From the NCBI GenBank assembly GCA_035544395.1, contig DATKFM010000328.1:1-51499 (forward strand): a stretch of 51,499 bases of DNA. Reading direction: 5' to 3'. Source of the stretch: Verrucomicrobiia bacterium (GTDB lineage: Bacteria > Pseudomonadota > Alphaproteobacteria > Dongiales > Dongiaceae). Both the position numbers and the translations under genes were made by a program. How positions within the stretch are numbered: the first letter of the stretch is position 1; each line of letters opens with the position of its first letter. The notes under the pieces are model-generated. The model made no database searches. It was not told the origin of the DNA and saw nothing but the letters and a program-made list of their open reading frames with translations. This document shows, one piece after another, positions 42,802 through 51,499 of this stretch.

Positions 42802-43125
42802 ATGCCACGGACCGATGATATTGCTAGAGAAGTTCTCGACGCGCTGGCCTGCATGGGCGGCCGTGCACCGTTCTGGCATATCACCTATTTTATCCGGCAG
42901 AACCGCCGCTCCCGCGGCGCCGCGATCCCCGATACAATTGACATCGCCGTGCGCCGTAGCCTTGAAGAGCGCTGCAGCCGGTCTTGTCTCTATCGCGGCG
43001 CCGTCGATCTCTTTGAGATGTCCGAAAACGACGGCAGCGGCATCTGGTCTATCAATCACGCCGAAGCCGCGCGCCAGCGCCGGCTCGCGCATGATCGGCA
43101 GCACATCGAGCCAGCCATCGGCTAG
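42802..43125 (+). CDS. Hypothetical protein (107 aa)
   Basis: GGGAG precedes ATG 42802. Third codon positions are strongly G/C-biased, like neighbouring genes. No recognisable family. Confidence 0.5.
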   Translation: MPRTDDIAREVLDALACMGGRAPFWHITYFIRQNRRSRGAAIPDTIDIAVRRSLEERCSRSCLYRGAVDLFEMSENDGSGIWSINHAEAARQRRLAHDRQHIEPAIG

Positions 43126-43137
43126 ACGCATCGCCTC

Positions 43138-44142
43138 TCAGCTGCTGGACGCCAGGCAGGCCCGAAGCGCCTCCGTCAAATTGCGCATCAACTGGAAATA
43201 GAGGTCCGGCCCCGCATCCAGGGCCGCGCCTTCGGGATCCAGCATGCCGGTCCTGGCATCGGTATCCGCCACCACCGTATCCACAAGCGAGGGCGCGAAG
43301 TTCGGTTCGCGGAACACGCAGCGCGCTTGCTGGGCGACGATCTTGTCCCGGATTTCACTCAAGCGTTTGGCGCCTGGCGGCAGTTCGGGATTGACGGTGA
43401 TCGAGCCGACGCCAGCCAGGTCGTAGTGCCTGTCGAAATACTGATAGGCATCGTGGAAGACAATAAATGGCGTATTCTTGACCGGCGCGAGCTTCAACGC
43501 GATCTCCCGGTCTAGATCACCAAGTTTCTGCTCGAGCTTCTGTCCATTCAAGCGATAGGTTTCGGCATTGGCTGGATCCGCCTTCGATAGCTCCGTGGCG
43601 ATGGCAGCGGCCATCAGCTTTGCATTCACCGGGTCGAGCCATAGGTGCCCGTCATAGGGTTCGTGCTCAGCCACTGCGTTCTCTTCGCCCTCAGCGCCTT
43701 CATGCATATGCTCGTCCCAAATGCCGCCCTCGCGCACCGGCAGGACAGTCAATCCTGCAACTTCCGCAAGCTCCACCGACTTGGCGCCTTCGGGCAGCGT
43801 TTTAATGGCCTTGTGCAGGAAGGTCTCCAAGCCCTCGCCGATCCAGAAGATGATCCGCGCATCCTGGAGGGCCTGCGCATCCGACGGCGAGAGCGCATAG
43901 CTGTGGGGCGAAGCCGCCCCTTTGACGATCAGCACCGGCGTGCCTACGCCCTCCATGATCGCGGCGACCAGTGACTGCACCGGCTTGAAACTGGCGACGA
44001 CTACGGGTGCGTCGGCCCGTGCTGCCGAGGAATACAGGGAGAGAACAAATGCGCTCACGAGAAATTGGGTGATGGCCGAAGTTACCCAAAGCCAGCCCCG
44101 TCTGGACGTTGCGCAGCGCCGGATGCTACGATATAACATCAT
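43138..44142 (-). CDS. znuA: Zinc ABC transporter substrate-binding protein
   Basis: Lies in ORF 43138..44202. Start MMLYRS... at 44142 gives a signal peptide ending AARA-DAP. Acidic/His loop DEHMHEGAEGEENAVAEHEPYDGH and motif HLWLDP. ATG 44172 is an alternative start. Confidence 0.85.
   Translation of the reverse strand: MMLYRSIRRCATSRRGWLWVTSAITQFLVSAFVLSLYSSAARADAPVVVASFKPVQSLVAAIMEGVGTPVLIVKGAASPHSYALSPSDAQALQDARIIFWIGEGLETFLHKAIKTLPEGAKSVELAEVAGLTVLPVREGGIWDEHMHEGAEGEENAVAEHEPYDGHLWLDPVNAKLMAAAIATELSKADPANAETYRLNGQKLEQKLGDLDREIALKLAPVKNTPFIVFHDAYQYFDRHYDLAGVGSITVNPELPPGAKRLSEIRDKIVAQQARCVFREPNFAPSLVDTVVADTDARTGMLDPEGAALDAGPDLYFQLMRNLTEALRACLASSS
44123..44139. promoter_or_regulatory. Degenerate Zur box ATGCTACGATATAACAT
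   Basis: The right half, TATAACAT, is exact. The left half matches ATGTTATA at 5 of 8 positions. Confidence 0.4.
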
Positions 44143-44146
44143 GGCA

Positions 44147-44163
44147 ACGTTATAGTATAACAT
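44147..44163. promoter_or_regulatory. Zur box ACGTTATAGTATAACAT
   Basis: 17-bp palindrome with one mismatch to ATGTTATA-N-TATAACAT. Lies between the znuA (44142) and zur (44171) start codons. Confidence 0.75.
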
Positions 44164-44170
44164 ATAGAGC

Positions 44171-44722
44171 ATGGCAAGAGCCCTCTCCTCCACCCGCGGC
44201 AAATCGCGGCCGCGCGCCGGCGAATTCGGCCGTGAGCCGCACGACCATCAGCATTGCGTGGCAGATGCGCTGGACCGCGCGGCGGCGCTTTGCGAGCAGC
44301 GCGGCTCCAAGCTCACGGATATCCGCCGGCGCGTGCTTGAGCTGGTCTGGCGCAATCATGCGCCGGTCGGCGCCTATGACCTGCTGGACGAGATCCGCAA
44401 GGACGGCCGTATCGCGGCACCGCCGACGGTATACCGGGCGCTCGACTTCCTGCGGGAACAAGGACTGGTGCATCGCCTGGAATCCCTGAACGCCTTCGTC
44501 GGCTGCACGCGGCCGGACCGCACCCATGTCAGCCAGTTCCTGATCTGCACCGGCTGCCAAGCCGTGGCCGAATTGGATGCGCCGGAAGTGGGCAGCGCGG
44601 TGTCGCAGAGCGCCGCCAAGGCTGGGTTCGTGGTCGATCGCATGACCATCGAGATGCACGGCCTCTGCCCGGCTTGCAGCAAAGGCGCCGGGGCCGAGGG
44701 CAGGCGGGCGCGCGATGCCTGA
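44171..44722 (+). CDS. zur: Zinc uptake regulator (Fur family)
   Basis: N-terminal HDHQHC, DNA-binding region [18 protein letters not shown], and CxxC pairs CTGC and CPAC. Confidence 0.85.
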   Translation: MARALSSTRGKSRPRAGEFGREPHDHQHCVADALDRAAALCEQRGSKLTDIRRRVLELVWRNHAPVGAYDLLDEIRKDGRIAAPPTVYRALDFLREQGLVHRLESLNAFVGCTRPDRTHVSQFLICTGCQAVAELDAPEVGSAVSQSAAKAGFVVDRMTIEMHGLCPACSKGAGAEGRRARDA

Positions 44723-45533
44723 TGACAGGCATCATCATAGCGAGCCCGAGCCGGCTCCGGACTGGCTGCTGCGGCTCGACGGCATTCATCTGGCGCGCAA
44801 CGGTCGCCACATCCTCGATCACATCCACCTGTCTGTCGCGCCACGGGAGATCGTCACGCTGATTGGCCCCAACGGGGCGGGAAAGACCATGCTGGTGCGG
44901 ATCGCGCTCGGGCTGGTGCAGCCAGACAGCGGTCGCGTGCAGCGGCGCGCCGGACTGACGGTCGGTTATATGCCGCAGCATTTCCATGTGGAGGAGACGC
45001 TGCCGCTGACGGCGCGGCGGTTTCTCCAACTGGCGAAGGGCGCCGGCGAGGCGGAATTGCGGATGGCAGCGGCGGAAGTCGGCATCGAGCATCTCCTGAA
45101 CCAGCCGTTGCAGGGACTGTCGGGCGGCGAACTGCAGCGCACCCTGCTCGCCCGCGCCATCCTTCGCCGGCCTCAGCTCCTGGTCCTCGACGAGCCGGTG
45201 CGCGGCGTCGACATGACCGGACAGATGGAACTCTACGATCTGATCGCGCAGCTGCGGCGGCGGCTCGGCTGCGGGGTGCTCATGGTGTCCCACGATCTGC
45301 ATATCGTGATGGCGGCGACTGACCGGGTGATCTGCCTCAACCACCATATCTGCTGCCACGGGCAGCCGGACACGGTGAGCGCCCATCCGGAATATCTCGC
45401 CTTGTTCGGACCATTGTCGAAGGAGCGACTCGCGGTCTATCAGCACCACCACGATCATCGCCACGATCTCCATGGCGAGGTGGTCGCCGGCAACGGTCGG
45501 CACGCACACGGAGAGCCGCCCCATGCTCCATGA
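44715..45533 (+). CDS. znuC: Zinc ABC transporter ATP-binding protein
   Basis: Walker A GPNGAGKT, signature LSGGELQR, Walker B LLVLDEP. His-rich tail [11 protein letters not shown]...HAHGEPPH. Overlaps zur by 8 nt. Confidence 0.9.
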   Translation: MPDDRHHHSEPEPAPDWLLRLDGIHLARNGRHILDHIHLSVAPREIVTLIGPNGAGKTMLVRIALGLVQPDSGRVQRRAGLTVGYMPQHFHVEETLPLTARRFLQLAKGAGEAELRMAAAEVGIEHLLNQPLQGLSGGELQRTLLARAILRRPQLLVLDEPVRGVDMTGQMELYDLIAQLRRRLGCGVLMVSHDLHIVMAATDRVICLNHHICCHGQPDTVSAHPEYLALFGPLSKERLAVYQHHHDHRHDLHGEVVAGNGRHAHGEPPHAP

Positions 45534-46332
45534 TTTCCTGGCCCGGGCGCTAATCGGCGGTCTGGGCATCGCCCTCTTCGCGGGGCCTCTCGGCTGCTTC
45601 ATCCTCTGGCGGCGCATGGCCTATTTCGGCGATGCCCTGTCCCACAGCGCCTTGCTGGGTATCGCCCTGGGTTTCCTCGCTGGCATCGACCTCAATCTCG
45701 GCATCCTGGCCATCTGCGTTGCCGTGGCGCTGTTTCTGCTGGCATTGCAGCGGCAAAAGCGACTTACCGTGGATACGCTGCTGGTGATCCTCTCCCACAG
45801 CGCGCTCTCCATCGGCCTTGTCGTCGCCAGCTTCGCGCCCAGCTTGCGGATCGATCTCTCGTCCTATCTGTTCGGCGATATCCTGGCGATCGCGCCGCGC
45901 GACCTCTTGTGGATCTATGGCGGTGGCGTGGTGCTGCTAGGGATCCTGATCTTTCAGTGGCGCTCGTTGTTGAGCCTGACCGTGAACGAGGAACTGGCGC
46001 GCGCCGAGGGCATCAATGCCGAGCTGACCGGCCTTGTCTTCATGCTGCTGATCGCCGTCGCCGTGACCTTGGCGATGAAGGCCGTCGGGATTCTCCTGGT
46101 CTCTGCCCTGCTGATCATTCCCGCCGCGACCGCTCGGCGCTTTTCCGCCACGCCCGAGCGCATGGCTGTCCTGGCGGCAATCATCGGCGGCGCTTCGGTC
46201 CTCGGCGGCCTGTTTGCATCGCTGCGGCTCGATACACCTGCCGGACCGTCGATCGTCGTCTCGTCAGCCGCGCTGTTCATCTTGAGCCTTGCCGCCGGCA
46301 TGACCCGTCGCCAGATTACAGCGGATCGCTAG
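45523..46332 (+). CDS. znuB: Zinc ABC transporter permease (ABC-3 family)
   Basis: Lies in ORF 45472..46332, ATG at 45523. Translation [13 protein letters not shown]...[13 protein letters not shown]. About 8 TM segments. Confidence 0.9.
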   Translation: MLHDFLARALIGGLGIALFAGPLGCFILWRRMAYFGDALSHSALLGIALGFLAGIDLNLGILAICVAVALFLLALQRQKRLTVDTLLVILSHSALSIGLVVASFAPSLRIDLSSYLFGDILAIAPRDLLWIYGGGVVLLGILIFQWRSLLSLTVNEELARAEGINAELTGLVFMLLIAVAVTLAMKAVGILLVSALLIIPAATARRFSATPERMAVLAAIIGGASVLGGLFASLRLDTPAGPSIVVSSAALFILSLAAGMTRRQITADR

Positions 46333-46351
46333 TTACAACCCGAGGATCTCA

Positions 46352-47017
46352 ATGGCCAATTTCACTCCGCAGCGTTCCGGCGGCCCCTTCGGCGGCGGCT
46401 CCCATGGACCGATCGTCAACCTGCCGCGGATGACGCAGATCCTCATCCTCGCGAATATCGGCGTGTTCGTCGTCTGCCAATTCCTGCCCGAGAGCTGGTA
46501 CTACTGGCTGCTGGTGCATTTTCAGTTTTCCGTACTGCGCTTTACCGACGCCGTGCCGTTCTACTGGACGGTGATCCTCACGCCGGTGACTGCGCAGTTC
46601 CTCCACGCCAACTGGATGCATCTGCTGTCGAACATGGTCAGTTTCGTCCTGTTCGGCACGATCGTGGAGCGGGCGATCGGCGAACGGCGGATGCTGGTCT
46701 TGACGCTGGCAACCGGCATCCTCGGCAACCTCGCCTTTCTCGCCCTGAACTATGGCGAGAATATCTCCAATATCGGCGCCTCCGGCGCCGGCAGCGGCCT
46801 GTTCGGCGCGGCAGTCCGCCTGCTGGTGCGGCAACGCCATGGCCAGGATACCCGGCAGATCTGGATCTTTGCGGCCATTTGGGTCGGCATCGCCCTGCTG
46901 CCGGCGGTGATGTCCGGCCAGAGCAATATCGCCTGGGAGGCCCATGTCGGCGGATTCCTCGCCGGCCTGCTGCTCATCGACTCCTTCGACCGCCGCGGCA
47001 AGTTCCGCGTGATGTAA
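46352..47017 (+). CDS. Rhomboid-family intramembrane serine protease
   Basis: GAGGA precedes ATG 46352. Motifs FLHANWMHLLSNM, GASGAGSG (catalytic Ser) and AHVGGFLAG (catalytic His). Confidence 0.85.
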   Translation: MANFTPQRSGGPFGGGSHGPIVNLPRMTQILILANIGVFVVCQFLPESWYYWLLVHFQFSVLRFTDAVPFYWTVILTPVTAQFLHANWMHLLSNMVSFVLFGTIVERAIGERRMLVLTLATGILGNLAFLALNYGENISNIGASGAGSGLFGAAVRLLVRQRHGQDTRQIWIFAAIWVGIALLPAVMSGQSNIAWEAHVGGFLAGLLLIDSFDRRGKFRVM

Positions 47018-47022
47018 GGCTC

Positions 47023-48354
47023 CTAGCGGCCGTACACCTGCGCCGGCAGCCACATGCCGATCGCCGGGAAGAGATACAGCAGGAACATCGCGAACAGCAC
47101 GATCAGCATGAACGGCATGACGCCGGCGAAGATCTGGTTGATCGACACATGAGGCGGCGCCACGCCCTTGAGATAGAAGGGCGCCATCGCCACGGGGGGC
47201 GACAGGAACGAGGTCTGGATGTTGAGCGCGATCAGCAGGCCGAAGAACAACGGATCGATGCCGAAGTGATCCAGCAGCGGCAGGAAGATCGGCACGAAGA
47301 TGACGATGATCTCGGTCCATTCCAGCGGCCAGCCCAGGATGAAGATGATGATCTGCGCCATGATCATGAAGCCCAGCGGCGAGAGATCCATCCCGACGAC
47401 GAAGTCCTTGATGACGTCATCGCCGCCCAGCGCGGCAAAGACCGCGGAGAAAATGAACGAACCGATGAACAGCCAGCCGACCATCGCGGATGTGCGGGCT
47501 GTCAGAAAGACTGATTCCTTGAGCTTCTGCCAGGTCAGGGCCCTGTAAGCGATGGCAAGGACCAGGCTGCCGAGCGCGCCGATCGCCGCGGACTCCGACG
47601 GCGTTGCCAAGCCGAACATGATCGCGCCCAACACCGCGAAGATCAGCAAAGACAACGGCAGGAACGAGGTCGCCAGATTCCGGAGCACTACGCCCAACGG
47701 CACATTCCGCTCTTCTTTCGAGAGCTTCGGCGCCAGCGACGGATTGATCATGGCCCGGATGATCACATACACCATGTACAGCCCGGCGAGCATGAGCCCC
47801 GGGAAGAAGGCGCCGGCATAGAGTTGCACCGGCGAGACGCCGGTCGTGGCGCCGTAGAGAATGAGCATGATGCTGGGCGGAATCAGAATGCCCAGGCAAC
47901 CGCCCGCGCAGACCACGCCGGCCGAGAGCCTGATGTCATAGCCTTGGCGCAACATCGCGGGAAAAGCCAGAAGCCCCATCAAGGTGACCACGGCGCCGAC
48001 GATGCCCGTCGCCGTGGCGAAGAGCGCGCAGGTCAACAGCGTCGCGACCGCCAGCGAGGCCGGCAGGCCGCCCGCCGCGATCTGGATACTTCGGAACAGC
48101 CGGTCGAGGATGTTCGCGCGCTCGATCACATAGCCCATGAACACGAACAGCGGCACGGATATCAGCACGTCGTTGGTCATCACCGACCAGGTGCGCTGCA
48201 CCACCAGCTGCGCCACCGTTTGCATCTGGCCATCGTAGGCCAGCGTGGCAAATCCGATACCCAGCGCCATGAGCGTGAAGGCGATCGGGAATCCCAGCAT
48301 GATGAAGAAGATGAAGAGGACAAGCATCAAGACGCCGAGTTGTGGATCGGTCAT
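47023..48354 (-). CDS. TRAP transporter large permease (DctM family)
   Basis: 443-aa polytopic ORF. Start overlaps the small-permease stop (ATGA). Confidence 0.9.
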   Translation of the reverse strand: MTDPQLGVLMLVLFIFFIMLGFPIAFTLMALGIGFATLAYDGQMQTVAQLVVQRTWSVMTNDVLISVPLFVFMGYVIERANILDRLFRSIQIAAGGLPASLAVATLLTCALFATATGIVGAVVTLMGLLAFPAMLRQGYDIRLSAGVVCAGGCLGILIPPSIMLILYGATTGVSPVQLYAGAFFPGLMLAGLYMVYVIIRAMINPSLAPKLSKEERNVPLGVVLRNLATSFLPLSLLIFAVLGAIMFGLATPSESAAIGALGSLVLAIAYRALTWQKLKESVFLTARTSAMVGWLFIGSFIFSAVFAALGGDDVIKDFVVGMDLSPLGFMIMAQIIIFILGWPLEWTEIIVIFVPIFLPLLDHFGIDPLFFGLLIALNIQTSFLSPPVAMAPFYLKGVAPPHVSINQIFAGVMPFMLIVLFAMFLLYLFPAIGMWLPAQVYGR

Positions 48355-49253
48355 GGCGCAGCGCCTTCCTTGGTCTGATGCTGCTCCAGAATGACTTTCT
48401 CCAGTTCCTCCACGTCATGCAGTCGCGGCGGCCATACCCCCGTCCTGAGGCAGATCAGGCAGCGAATGACCTCCACGATCCCCTGCAACAGAAGCAGGAT
48501 GCCAGTGAAGGGAATGAGTGTTTTCACCGGATAGATGGGCGGACCGGCCGGACTGAAGGCCGAATGCTCATGCACCATCCAGGACTGGGCGGCAAAGCTG
48601 TAGCCGGCATAGATGAAGGCGAGGATGCCCGGAAAGAAGAACAGGAAGTACAGCGCCAGGTCCATTCCCGCCTGGGTCCGCGGCCGCCAGGAACGGTACA
48701 GGAAGTCACCGCGCACATGGGCATTGCGGCAAAGGGCGTAAGCGCCCGCCATGGTGAACAAAGCGCCGTAGAGAATATAGCTGGCATCGAAAGCCCAGGT
48801 GGTCGGGCGGCCGATGACATAGCGCGAGAAAACTTCATAGCTGACGGCGAACGTCAGCAGCACAATACACCAGGCAAAGATATGGCCCACGAGCGTGCTT
48901 ATGCGATCGATGGGAATCAGCAGTCGCTGCAGTGCGGCACCCCGGCTCTTGTCCGCTGAATCGCGCCCGCCATGGGTCAGATTCAAGATAATGCTGCCAA
49001 CGAAGAGAAGAATGCCGATCCAGAATACAACCGGGGAATAGGCGATGGCGCCTTTCGCCGTGGCCGCTTCCTCCAGCAACTCGCAACTGCCGCCGAACGA
49101 ATAGATACAAACGATCACGGTGTTCGGTCGTAATCCGTCCTTGGCGACAATCTGCCCGACCACGCCATAGGCGTACAAAGACCAAAACACCGCTACGACG
49201 ACGAGCAGCACGCCGATCGTCAGCAGCCAGTTGTAAAGCCTCTCAATGTTCAA
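48351..49253 (-). CDS. TRAP transporter small permease (DctQ family) with about 110-aa N-terminal extension
   Basis: The DctQ-like core starts near LLIPIDRISTLVGHIFAWCIVLL. The extension adds 2 TM segments. TTG 49253 is the only start and is preceded by GGGGGA. Confidence 0.72.
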   Translation of the reverse strand: MNIERLYNWLLTIGVLLVVVAVFWSLYAYGVVGQIVAKDGLRPNTVIVCIYSFGGSCELLEEAATAKGAIAYSPVVFWIGILLFVGSIILNLTHGGRDSADKSRGAALQRLLIPIDRISTLVGHIFAWCIVLLTFAVSYEVFSRYVIGRPTTWAFDASYILYGALFTMAGAYALCRNAHVRGDFLYRSWRPRTQAGMDLALYFLFFFPGILAFIYAGYSFAAQSWMVHEHSAFSPAGPPIYPVKTLIPFTGILLLLQGIVEVIRCLICLRTGVWPPRLHDVEELEKVILEQHQTKEGAAP

Positions 49254-49285
49254 GCCATTCCCCCACCAAGAGCATCCGCGTGGAA

Positions 49286-49310
49286 AGAGGGTGGCATTAC
49301 ACCACCCTCT
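49286..49310 (-). other. Intercistronic stem-loop between the TRAP binding-protein and permease genes
   Basis: AGAGGGTGG 49286-49294 is the reverse complement of CCACCCTCT 49302-49310, with a 7-nt loop. Confidence 0.5.
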
Positions 49311-49339
49311 CTCCCGCCGATGAAGTCTCTTTTGTTGCC

Positions 49340-50476
49340 TTAGGCGAAGAAGTGGTCGTAGGCCATCTTCTGGTCGACTTCCATGTCGAACTGAAGGGCA
49401 ACCACACGCTTGGCCCAGGCTTTCTGGGATTCGATCACCTTGGCGAAGAACGGGTCAGCCGAAAGCGTGCCGATCACCTTGTCCCAGGCGCCGAGCTGGG
49501 CCTCCAGCAAGGAGTCCGGTGTCTTGTGCACTTCGACGCCTTGCGCTCTCAGCGCCGCCAGATCGGTCGAATAGCGGTCCATCGCCTTCCAAGTCATGTC
49601 GGACGACGAGGATTCCGCCGAATACTTCAGAACGGACTGAAGTTCCGCCGGCAGCGCATCGTACTTCGTCTTGTTGAAGATGATCTCGAAGCATTCGCAG
49701 GACTGGTGATAGCTCTGCAGCATGTAGACTTTGCTGACATCGGGGAAGCCCAACAGCTTGTCCGAGGACGGATTGTTGAACTCCGCCGCATCGAGCAGGC
49801 CGCGATCCATTGCCGGAACGATCTCGCCGCCGCCCATGATCGTCACCGCCGCACCGAGCTCGTTGTTCAAGTCGGCAGAGAGTCCAACAGTGCGGTATTT
49901 GAGGCCCTTGAAGTCGTCGACCGATTCGACCGGTTTCTTGAACCAGCCCAGCGGCTGCGTCGGCATGGCGCCTGTCAGGAAGCCGACGAGGTCAAGACCA
50001 AGAACCTGCTGCACCAACTCGTCATACAAAGCTTGTCCGCCACCATACTTGAACCAGCCAAGCATCTGGTTGGCGCGCCAGCCGAAGGCTGGCGGCGTTC
50101 CGAACAAGGAGTAGGCCTTGTTCTTGCCGTACCAATAGGCACAGACGCCATGGCCGCCATCGAGGGTGCCGGCCAGCACCGCATCCTGCACCTCGAATGC
50201 CTTGGCGACAGAGCCGGCAGCCAGCAGATCGAGCTTCAGCTTGCCGGCCGACATCTCGTTCACGCGGTTGACATAGTCCTGCGCATATTCGTGGAAGATA
50301 TCCTTGGCCGGCCAGGTGCTCTGGAATTTCCAGACGATGGCGTCCTGCGCCCGCACAACGGTCGGAGCGGCAACGGCCACCGCGACGGAGGCGGCAGCGG
50401 CGCCCTTGATGAAACTGCGGCGGGTCTTTGCCTCGCCGGTGCTCTCGCGATCCAACTCAACTGGGGTCGATGTCAT
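49340..50476 (-). CDS. TRAP transporter substrate-binding protein (DctP family), Tat signal
   Basis: Lies in ORF 49340..50560. GGGAGGG precedes ATG 50476. Twin-arginine-like signal TRRSFIKGAAAASVAVAVAAPTVVRA. Confidence 0.9.
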   Translation of the reverse strand: MTSTPVELDRESTGEAKTRRSFIKGAAAASVAVAVAAPTVVRAQDAIVWKFQSTWPAKDIFHEYAQDYVNRVNEMSAGKLKLDLLAAGSVAKAFEVQDAVLAGTLDGGHGVCAYWYGKNKAYSLFGTPPAFGWRANQMLGWFKYGGGQALYDELVQQVLGLDLVGFLTGAMPTQPLGWFKKPVESVDDFKGLKYRTVGLSADLNNELGAAVTIMGGGEIVPAMDRGLLDAAEFNNPSSDKLLGFPDVSKVYMLQSYHQSCECFEIIFNKTKYDALPAELQSVLKYSAESSSSDMTWKAMDRYSTDLAALRAQGVEVHKTPDSLLEAQLGAWDKVIGTLSADPFFAKVIESQKAWAKRVVALQFDMEVDQKMAYDHFFA

Positions 50477-50735
50477 CTTGAGGGCCCTCCCTGGGCGTTT
50501 TGATTGATTGGCTCGATTATCTTGCCGCAACCTCCGGGGCAGCGACAACGCGCGAGACACCAGACTAAAGTCTGGGCTCTCCGGCTCTCTTCGCCGCGCT
50601 TTCCCTTAGTTTATAAGGCCGGCAGAAACGGCATGCGAGTCCTGACGCATCACAACTCTGCAAGACGCGCCGATTGTGCACTGCGGCAAAACCAATCGCA
50701 CAATTGGCCGCCGGTATGCCGGTATTACCGGCTGG

Positions 50736-51499
50736 CTAGGCGCGCATGCGCTCACTCTTGGGATCGTACATCGGCCGGAGTGAAACCCGCGCCGGCGCCC
50801 GTTCGCAGGCCACCTCGATTTCGAACCTGCCGCCATCGATCCATACCTGGTCGACGCCGTCAGGATTGTTGAGATAGCCCAGCGCGATGGCGCGGCCCAA
50901 GGTGTGGCCGTAGTTGGCCGAAGTTGTGTAGCCCACCAGCTTGCCGTCCCGATAGATCGGCTCGTTGTGATAGAGCAGCGGCTCCGGATCCTCGAGGGCG
51001 AGCTGCACCATGCGCTTGGGCAAGTGTGCCTGGTTCTTCTGTTTTAAAAGTGCGTCACGGCCGATGAAGGGCGCCTTCTTGTCGTAGGCGACAACGAAGC
51101 CAAGGCCGGCCTCGATGGGCGTGTCGTCCTCGCCGATATCATGGCCGAAGTGACGGTAGGCCTTTTCGATACGAAGCGAGTCCATGGCATGCATGCCCGC
51201 GAGCTTCAGGCCGAACGGGGCGCCATTCTCCTGGATGCGGTCGAACACGTTGCCGGCATACTCCGCCGGCACATAGAGTTCCCAGCCCAGCTCGCCCATG
51301 TAGCTGATGCGGTTGGCCCGCACGCGAGAGTAGCCGATATCGATGATGCGGGAGGTGCCGAATGGATAGGACGCATTGGTCAGATCGGCCGTCGTCAATG
51401 TCGACAGCAGTGCGCGGCTGTTCGGGCCCATGACGCCAAGCACGGCGTAGGCGGCGGTCACATCTTCCACGGTCGCTCTCGCGTCGGCGGGAATATGAT
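50736..51499 (-). CDS. C-terminal GcvT-like (aminomethyltransferase) portion of a dimethylglycine/sarcosine-dehydrogenase-family protein; 5' end outside window
   Basis: The frame is open to the window edge. Motifs SYMGELGWELYVP, GMHAMDSLRIEKAY and GYTTSANYGHTLG. Confidence 0.8.
   Translation of the reverse strand, partial: HIPADARATVEDVTAAYAVLGVMGPNSRALLSTLTTADLTNASYPFGTSRIIDIGYSRVRANRISYMGELGWELYVPAEYAGNVFDRIQENGAPFGLKLAGMHAMDSLRIEKAYRHFGHDIGEDDTPIEAGLGFVVAYDKKAPFIGRDALLKQKNQAHLPKRMVQLALEDPEPLLYHNEPIYRDGKLVGYTTSANYGHTLGRAIALGYLNNPDGVDQVWIDGGRFEIEVACERAPARVSLRPMYDPKSERMRA

Noticed and set aside
44143-44202. Longer znuA starts (TTG 44202 or ATG 44172)
   Set aside because: They would place both Zur boxes inside the coding region and overlap the zur ATG. 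The start at 44142 gives a standard signal peptide. ATG 44172 is retained only as an alternative.

Overview
High-GC (about 60-65% by eye) alphaproteobacterial chromosome segment, Hyphomicrobiales/Rhizobiales-like by gene content and codon style. It is densely coding, with about 52 protein genes. I found no rRNA, tRNA, CRISPR array, transposase or integrase. Layout: (1) 0.3-9.7 kb is a catabolic/uptake locus: class-III aminotransferase plus agmatinase-fold ureohydrolase, convergent with a PotABCD-like ABC importer that lies downstream of an amidohydrolase / FMN 2-hydroxyacid oxidase / RraA-like aldolase operon. (2) 9.9-23.1 kb is mixed: orphan MASE1-PAS histidine kinase, SAM methyltransferase, arylsulfatase-HAD-MscS, LysR divergent from globin-GST, an outer-membrane barrel and a SulP/STAS permease. 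(3) 23.1-31.3 kb is a visibly AT-richer stress block. It holds a truncated MarC-like remnant, a class III cyclase, a tight four-gene membrane-protein operon, hemerythrin plus a zinc-ribbon miniprotein, an unknown gene, and katE preceded by two tiny coupled ORFs. Three of these units carry EcfG-type (GGAAC-N16-xGTT/CATT) promoter motifs. (4) 31.5-36.1 kb holds an SDR, a diheme cytochrome c, an orphan HicA-like gene, and a B12-type diol/glycerol dehydratase with fused large+medium subunits and a separate small subunit, but no reactivase or microcompartment genes. (5) 36.2-42.7 kb holds a structured promoter/terminator leader, then cysG-DUF2849-cysI-DUF934-cysH, then metZ behind a 283-nt leader. 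(6) 43.1-47.0 kb holds znuA divergent from zur-znuC-znuB, with two Zur boxes, plus a rhomboid protease. (7) 47.0-50.5 kb is a TRAP dctPQM operon, followed by the 3' part of a dimethylglycine/sarcosine-dehydrogenase-like gene. The most interesting unexplained signals are the stress block (uncharacterised membrane operon, katE upstream micro-ORFs), the cysG leader RNA, the minimal fused diol dehydratase, and a 20-bp palindrome shared by two sulfur-related promoter regions. All family calls rest on motif recognition by eye, not on database searches.
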